This document shows positions 55,119-64,000 of a stretch of 64,000 nt of DNA, piece after piece. The first letter of the stretch is position 1. Every line of letters begins with the position of its first letter. Where the stretch lies: assembly GCF_009914755.1 (NCBI RefSeq), contig NC_060926.1, one strand, 5' to 3'. The notes below the pieces were generated by a model. The model did no database searches. It had not been told where the DNA came from and was given only the letters and a program-made list of their open reading frames with translations. Source of the DNA: the human T2T-CHM13v2.0 reference genome, Homo sapiens. Made by a program: the position numbers and the translations under genes.

Positions 55119-57464
55119 CTGAGCAACAGAGCATAATGGATAATGTCAACAGAGCACGGTGTGCCCCGCATTCTGCAGACAGCACACGCACATTTACACA
55201 AATCCATAAGCAGCGCGCATCTGCTCTTTAAAATATGTACGATTGCAGGCAGCAAAGACGGAGCAGGGAGAAGCACAGCCTGAGTCGGCAGGCAGAACCC
55301 GGCACGGTTCGTAATCAGCATCCTGTTCCCCACTTTCTCTTTGTTTTAAAAACCATCATGCTGTTTCAAAAGAAAATTTAATTTCCTCAAAATCGATTTC
55401 CTTCCGTTCTTCTTCAATAGTTCTTCAAAAAAGGGAGCAAAATGGGGGACTAAAGATATAATCACCACGCACGCAGCTGGTGTCTAAGGTTGGCATTAAA
55501 CGGGTTTTCTCTCCATAGCTGTATGAGATCACCTTAAATGACTATTAGGCACACTGAGCGATATTCCATTCGGAAATCCTGTCACGCATGTTATTCTGCC
55601 TCAGTTTACCTAAAGTGATGAGTATCTGGGACCGGAAGGTAATGCCATTCAGAGGCATCGCATGCTGAGGCCTGGAGCCCTGGTGGGCAGCAGGTGGCAG
55701 CCCAGCCTGGTCATGTCACCATCAATACAGCCTCTTCTCCTAGAAATGAGAGTGCCATCCTTACACGATCCTGCTGGTGGCTGCTCGGTCTCCCTGAGTC
55801 TTGATACTCTATTTTCAAGATGCTCCAGGAATCTAGAGTACCTAGAAAAGCCACTTTGTGGATAGAGACTCAACCTGCATTAGAAAGACTGGGGTCACTT
55901 GTTTCCAAGGAAGGTCTCTGATGCTCTAGAAAATTTCTCAATATGATAAATTTTTTAAAAATTAGATTTAACATTGAATTCTTGAACATAAATCCTTTCA
56001 GAATTTGCTTTCCATTTAGTTTTCAATTGAATATGTGCTAAACACCTCTCCCTTTTAAAGATGGCCTTTAATGAATAATCATAAACTAGCAAACAGGATT
56101 CAACATTAAATCATCAATTGATAACAAGTGAAGAACATAAAAATATTATATATTGCGTTAGAACATAAAAAAACATTTCATGGGTAGTACAAGAAGGAAA
56201 ACAGCATGGCATTACAAAATAACAACGACCTTAGGTTACAATCGAAAATGTATCACTTACTGGTGATGATGCTCTTGCGATCTCAATATCAACTAATCGA
56301 CCAAGCAATATAGCAACGAACTCAATGACAAAATATCTAACTTTGTGAATATTATTAATACCATTGTTAACCATGATTGAATGATAAGAAGTTAAAAGAT
56401 TAAGACTTCAACCAGGATTTTCTGATTCCAAATTCAGTGACCATTTTATATACCATATTGGGTCTAAAAGAACATGCAATTATGGCTTAAAGAAAAAAAA
56501 CTCCATCATATATTCATATAATGTTCACACTTCCAACTTTACAAAAATGGAGTGTACAGACAGTTCTGTCTACAAGGGAATTTTATTTATTTATTTATTT
56601 ATTTATTTGCTGAAATTTTCAGTTACACGATCTTTCTGCAGAGCCCACGAGATTGGCAATGGCACTCCTGGAAACACAAAAATAACCAAAGGGAAAGTTG
56701 GCAATTTGGAGTAGGAAAGAAAAAAATGAATGCCTAACCCACTAGCACACACTAACCCAACAGAGGTGTAGATTATCTTAATCTTTCTAAATGGTAGAAA
56801 AATACATGTCTAATCTTACAAGTTATAGAACTAATAATGGGAGCACTAAATTGTGGCTGCACTTCAAAATGAATGAAATACACAAGATGACAAAGGCAGG
56901 GAATAGTAAAAACAGCTATTCTGTGGAAGAAATGACTAATGGCAGACACTCCCCCCCACATCCCCAACAAGTTCCTTCTTTGGAGAATTCTGTTCAGGTG
57001 TAAAGAAAGTGACTTTCCTGTAAACGCCAGCTCACCAAACTCCTTAACTATATCCACGTTGCCCTCAATAAAGCAAAAGTGGTACAGGTGAAGTAAGATT
57101 TTCCACTCTCAGGTAAGCTACCTCCCTTCAAAGTCTACACCAGATACAATGTTTAAGTGACCAGCTGGACAATGAAGTTTCCACGTATCCGGTTCATGTA
57201 GCGCTATTCACCTCTCTCCCCACAGTCCATCAACTTCACAGAGTAGAGAAGGCAATGGAGGAACCTCCAAGAAAATATAGATAAGAGAATCTACACTCAC
57301 TTCAACTTTTACTCCATTCTGAAACCCTTCTAATGTTGTAACAAAGAGGGGTTTTTCTTTCTATTTTCTTTTAAAAACATAAACCCACAAGGATAGAAGA
57401 GCAATGAAGTTTTGGAAGCTGGAAAGAAACAGACCCTTAGAAAGATGGTCACTTGTTTTACTAC

Positions 57465-58680
<1,216 letters not shown>

Positions 58681-59069
58681 AGAAGCTGTCACAAAGCTTG
58701 GCTTGTTGATAATAAGCTTTGTCCAGCTTTCTGACTTGGGCAGTTAAACCCAGCCCCAAGTAAATGTGGTCGGGTGACGGTATGTAACTGCCAGAAGTCA
58801 GGGGGTGGCAATTATCATAATGACCAACGAGACCAGAGTGCCGGCCAAGGAAGCTCAACTGGCAGAGGGCTGTGGAGACAGTTAATAGAGTTGGTATTCC
58901 TAGGGGTGAAACAGACAAGGCATTCAAGGAGAGTACTGCCTGCCTGACACATGCACACATGAGTGCAAACGTACATAACGTACATACATATTAAAAAGAA
59001 AACAAGAATGAATGAGCAGAAGGCTGAGGGAAGTCACCCCACTCACAGTCACAATCCCTTACCCAGATC

Positions 59070-60050
59070 CAGATTTGAGGCAGCTTCAGAGCTGGAACCC
59101 ACTGACGGTAAAGATGGTCAGATTCCCCACGGGTTAGGAACCTGCAACCCTAGGGCAGGTGTACACTGCAATGATTACCCTAGTCTGTACCCAAAGGGAC
59201 CCACGGCCATTTTCCTGAATGCCATTCCCTGGGCAAAGGGTAATCCCCACACATTTCCAGGTCTGCTGAACACAAAGACACGCACAGGGGTCCAGCAACC
59301 CAGTGTCCCACTGTCCTCCGGCCCGAGTGGGGCATGGGGATGCCAGGTGATAAGTAAAGTCCTAGGCAGGGCCTGGCTTACCGCAGATCCTCTGAGTCTG
59401 TGGGCGCACCTGGTGGGCAACTCCAAGGTCTGTTAAGGTCAAATGGGATTGACATCCTGGGCAGTTTGTGAAATACCCATACCGGGCCTGTGACCTGTGG
59501 AGTTAATGGGAAGGTCACATAGAAGCCTCTGAAACTGCCTCCCCGTCCCAACCCATCAAAGAGTGGTAGAGACCTGCGCTTACTTTAAGAATCAAGGATA
59601 TGAAGTGGGTGTGGCTTTGCTGAATTCACCATTGGCTTCTGCAGAAAGCTAATGGGCCCTGGAGAATGCCTGTGGATGACTCTAAGCTCAACAAAGCAGG
59701 AGCCCACTCAGATCCACAGTGCCAGCTGTGGAGTCTTGTTAGAGCAGATTCCCAGGCCCTCAGGCACATGATGTGTGTACACAGACCGTCAAATGCACGC
59801 TGTCCTATCCCAATGAAGAAAGAAGATGAGAAACCATCCGCATTCACAAGCAAAGGAAAACAGTATACACTCTTGCCACAGAGCTGTGCTGGTCTCCCAT
59901 TTTCTATCATAATATAGTCCAAACAGACCTGGGCAGCCCACAGAACATCACATGGACCCACTGCATTCATGACATTACAGTGACAACGTAGGAGGAGCGT
60001 GCAGAAGACCTTGGCAAGACGGCAGGAAACACAAGCTATGGCAATTCCAG
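59070..60050 (+). mobile_element. Degraded ERVL-like internal fragment (protease to RT region)
   Basis: 'ccaaagggacccacggccatttt...tgggcaaagggtaat...ctgctgaacac' resembles ERVL protease. 'cagaaagctaatgggccctggagaatgcctgtggatgactctaagctcaac' reads QKANGPWRMPVDDSKLN, like retroviral RT K.DG.WR..VDYR.LN. Confidence 0.6.
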
Positions 60051-61292
60051 GACCTGCTACTTCTGCTGAGGACACCAGGACTTCCCCTCCAGAGCAAAAG
60101 CAGAAAAGACGCTGTAATGCCTGCCAGCCCTCTTCATTCTAGAGGTGACACATTATACACCTAGGAAGGCTGGACCAGCCCAGATGCTGGGGTAGCACGT
60201 AAGGCTGCCAGCTTAGGCCAAGAGGGCACTACAGCAAGATCAGGCTGGGGAGAGGCAGCCCTGCTTCTGGGGACGCCTAGTAGACCTGCTGGTGTGGAAG
60301 TTGTCAGTGGTAGAAAGCATGCAGTGTGGACTTTGTGGAGAGCCCGGTTGGAGTCACCACGTGGTCCCGGGGTTCTGGAGCAAGCCATGCCATCTGCAGC
60401 ACAGAACCATGTCTTTTGATAAACAGCTCTGACCATGCCTCTGGGTCCTGATAATGGAGCTCCTGGCCATGGGGCACCAAGTGCCACGTGTCACTCATGA
60501 GAAGAGCTCAGTCATACCCACCACGGCACAGGGTCGGGCAGGGCCAGCAGTGATTGACTACAAAGTAGAGACGGTGCACACAGGACAGAGTCAGGCAGGA
60601 CCAGAGGGCACCAGAAAACTGCATGGTAGGTGCCCAAACCATACAAGACTTCTCTGCCCCGGACCCTCCCTGCACTCATGCCTGTGGCCATGTGGGAGTC
60701 CTGTACTTTTAGCTGAAGAAGGAGAAGAGATCTGAGCTGCTTTACAGATCAATGAGTTCGGGAGAGGGCATAAGCCAAACATTGGCAGGCGCTGTCAGAC
60801 GGCTACGCTCAGGAGACGGCTGGGAGAGCATGGAGGGAAAGCTGATTGTGAAGAACGGTGATCATGAGGCAGGGCTCCCAGCACTGCTCTGGCCATCCCT
60901 GTGGCGTGCAAAAAGTGGCCCATACTCAAGGGCATGGCCAACTGCCTGGTGACTGGTTAGAAGCCTGGAAGTAAAAAGACTGAGAAATTGGAGACCCACC
61001 CACAGTATTGCATGTGGCAAGGTGATGCCTGGAGCCCCTTCCATCCTGAGAACAGGAAGAGGTTCATCCGACACTTAGTCCAAGTATGAGTTTGCCTTTC
61101 TTGGCTGCAAAAACAAAGCCCTGATGCCCTGACCAGAGACCACCCCCCAACGGCCCCACCACTACAAATAGCACATAATCAGAGAAGCCACAGAACTGCA
61201 CTATACAACAAGCAGGAGTGGGCCCAGGATCTCCTATCCACATCACATCGCACCACCTAGGTGAGCCGGGTTCATGCAGCAAAAGCATGCAG

Positions 61293-61400
61293 CACAGTGC
61301 GGCCAGCGCCCTCCCCAGGAGGTGGCACGGTGCGGCCAGCGCCCTCCCCAGGACGCGGCACGGTGCGGCCAGCGCCTTCCCCAGGACGCGGCACGGTGCC
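61293..61400. repeat. GC-rich 33-bp tandem repeat x3
   Basis: gtgcggccagcgcc(c/t)tccccagga occurs three times. Confidence 0.88.
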
Positions 61401-61514
61401 GGACCCAGCTCCTCTGTCAGTTTCCTTGCCCCAGTAATAGCACACAGAGGCCTGGAACCCAGTATTTCCAGATGGCTCTGTGTCCCCAACAAATGATGCT
61501 GCAGCACCATTAAC

Positions 61515-62085
61515 TTTCTAATTAAAAAATGCATATATTTATAGTAATGTTCTGATATGTGTATACATTGTGGAATGGCTAAGTCAAGCCAATTCATATT
61601 TGCATTACCTTACATACTTATCATTTTTTGTTGTGAAGACACTTGAAATCTACTCTCTTAACAATTTTCAAGTATATGATACATTGCTAATAACTTCAGT
61701 TACCATGATACATTGTTACTAACTGTGGTCAGCAAGACATCCAATAGATCTCTGGAACTCATTTCTCCCCTTAACTGAAACTTTGTATCCTTTCACCAAC
61801 ATCTCCCTTTTCCCCATCCGCCCTCCCGCCAGCCTCTGTTATCACCTGCTCTGCTTCTGTGACTTCAGTATTTTTAGATTCTGCATGTAAGTGAGATTGC
61901 GTGGTGTCTGACTCTCTGTGCTGGGTTTATTCCACTCAAGACCTCTAGGTTCATCCTGCTGCTGCGGATGGCAGGATTTCCTTCCTTCTTAGGGCTGAGC
62001 AATGCTCCATTTGTACCATGTTTCTTTATCCGTTCATCCGGCTCATTAGCACTGATGGATAGGCAGGCTGCTTCCTTATTGTAAT
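61515..62085 (-). mobile_element. L1MA-type 3' end fragment
   Basis: 'tatacattgtggaatggctaagtcaagc...acacttgaaatctactctcttaacaattttcaagtat...ttttagattctgcatgtaagtgagat'. Confidence 0.8.
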
Positions 62086-62348
62086 GAATGTCCCAATCAT
62101 CTTCAGCTTGCCATGCCCCAGAAGAACTGGATAAAGACTTTCCTGTGTACGGCAAATAAGGAAGCTCCAAGCACTGCTAGGGAAGTGTCAAAGGCAGGGG
62201 CCAGAGGAGGCTTCCTCCGGGCAGGACAGATGAAAAAAGGGAACTGCAGTGGGTAGAAGCATCAACTATGTTAGCCACGTGCGAGTTCACATGACACAAG
62301 AAGACAACCTCACCCCCATTCCTTTGCAAAACACTATGAACCAATGCT

Positions 62349-62651
62349 GTTTTTGTTTGTTTGTTTGTTTGTTTGTTTTGAGACCGAGTCTCGCTCTGTC
62401 ACCCAGGCTGGAGTGACCATCTCGGCTCACTGCAACCTCCGCCTCCCGGGTTCAAGCGATTCTCCTGCCTCAGCCTCCTGAGTAGCTGGGATTACTGGTG
62501 CCGCCACCATGCCCAGCTAATTTTTGTATTTTTAGTAGAGACGGGGTTTCTCCATGTTGGTCAGGCTGGTCTCGAACTCCTGACCTTGTGATCCGCCCTC
62601 CTCAGCCTCCCAAAGTGCTGGGATTACAGGCTTGAGCCACCGCACCTGGCC
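62349..62651 (-). mobile_element. Alu with a (TTTG)n tail and a small internal deletion
   Basis: Antisense Alu. TSD-like ccaatgc on both sides. Confidence 0.93.
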
Positions 62652-63454
62652 CCAATGCATTTTTCTAAAAATTGGTAACTAAAATAAAATTAATGAAATG
62701 TCTAGTGTATGAAAAATTTACATAGATTTTCCAAAAGATTATAAAATTGTCCTTCTAGAATTTAGTCTGAAAATCTGGTGGGTACGAGGTGAGTTCAAAG
62801 TGCCTTAATAAAGTATGTGAACACCAGAAACCACCCTGAGGAAGACCAGAACATTAGAGGGGTGTGCAGGCAGGAGGTGTCTCTGGCATCGTCACCCAAA
62901 AAAATGAACGAAGCTGCACACGTTGCTGAGTAAGGAGTGTGCTTGGGGCTCAGGAAATACAGTTGGCATTCCTACCTCCAGAAACTCCACATCCTCAGAG
63001 GCAGATGAAATGGAAGGTAAACAGCACTAAGGAAGAAGCACCCATGGGGACATACTCATCGGCTCTGAAACTCTGAGGATTTCTGTAGCTGTGTGGATCC
63101 CAACAGTGTTCAACACACATCCAGCAGCCATCAAAGAAACTAAGGAGCTTTTAAGAAGGAAAACCTAATCTTTAGAAGGCAAATGCTGTTAATAAGCAGG
63201 GAGGCATTTCATCTTTTATCTATGTTTTTCACACGCTCCTGAACTGAGGTTCTGTAATGTAACTTCCTGTGCCGAATTAATATCACAATGACTAGGAGCC
63301 GGCAGAGGGCAGGGCTCAAGGCTGCCACATAAAACCAGACATATGGCACAAACCGCAGCAGCACTGCCCACAGAAACTGTGTCTGTGCCGACAGAAGTCA
63401 GAGAACCACACGATACCTAGGCTGAAAGGGAACTCCGATATCATGCTGAATGAA

Positions 63455-63575
63455 CACAGCCCCTTCATTTCACAAATGAGGAAACTGAGGCCCAGTGAAG
63501 CCACTGACTTTTCCAAGTTCAAACAGCTCATTAGCGCTGATGTCCAGAATGAATGGAGCCTCCTGACTCCCATAA
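63455..63575 (-). mobile_element. MIR core fragment
   Basis: 'cattttcacaaatgaggaaactgaggcccagtgaag'-like MIR core. Confidence 0.6.
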
Positions 63576-64000
63576 CAGCCCCCTGCTTTGAAAGAGAAAA
63601 TTCCAAGTTGCATCTTCAAAGCCAATTTGAAGCCACTACCTACTTTTCACATGTTAACACAAGAGCTCAAGGCCCTTAATGAGATAAAGAGATAATCAGG
63701 GCAAAATGAAGGGAGGGAGGCATATTCGCGACTGCCAACTGCAGCCACGGGTGTGCTGCCTGCTGGAAGGGATTACCAGGCAAAAGGCTTACAGGAATTC
63801 AAAGGAGATCAGAGCCTTTGTGAGCATGAATAGTAGCTCCAGTCAGCCCGGCTAAAGGGCGAACAATGCCCTGCCTGGGGGACATAATCTGATCCCCAGC
63901 TGGAGGAGGAGGAGGTTTCCAGGGCTGCATAAGCAGTACCTTAAGATGGGACTATTTTTAGAGCCCGCAGCCATCTCTGAGTCTGGCAGGAGCTGAGCAG

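Noticed and set aside
55119-55191. N-terminal extensions of the exon-containing ORFs (also 11364-11449)
   Set aside because: They lie upstream of clear AG acceptors and do not match the EIPR1 peptide as I recall it, so they are intronic read-through.

Overview
Primate, most likely human, genomic DNA lying entirely within the minus-strand gene EIPR1 (TSSC1, WD40 protein that interacts with EARP/GARP). The gene identity is recognised from memory of the protein sequence, not from a search. Only two coding exons are present: 55118..54962 (157 nt) and 11363..11264 (100 nt). Both have canonical AG/GT sites and splice in frame across a ~43.6-kb intron (...HGNMA-C-VVWEPMG...). The rest is intron rich in transposon relics (Alu, L1, MaLR LTR elements, MER4 solo LTR, ERVL, Tigger4, MER1B, MER47A, MER44A, MER58, MIR) and tandem repeats (52/54-bp minisatellite of ~4.4 kb, 25-bp minisatellite of ~1.5 kb, several short arrays). 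I do not see a convincing new gene system; the long 430-460 aa ORFs are repeat artefacts. The best second-look items are: a bipartite AP-1-motif minisatellite split by MER1B; an L1/THE1/Tigger4 nest with an apparent deletion and a locally templated L1 copy; an Alu-in-Alu-in-LTR nest; and candidate truncating or circular EIPR1 isoforms. Repeat subfamily names and boundaries were judged by eye and are approximate.
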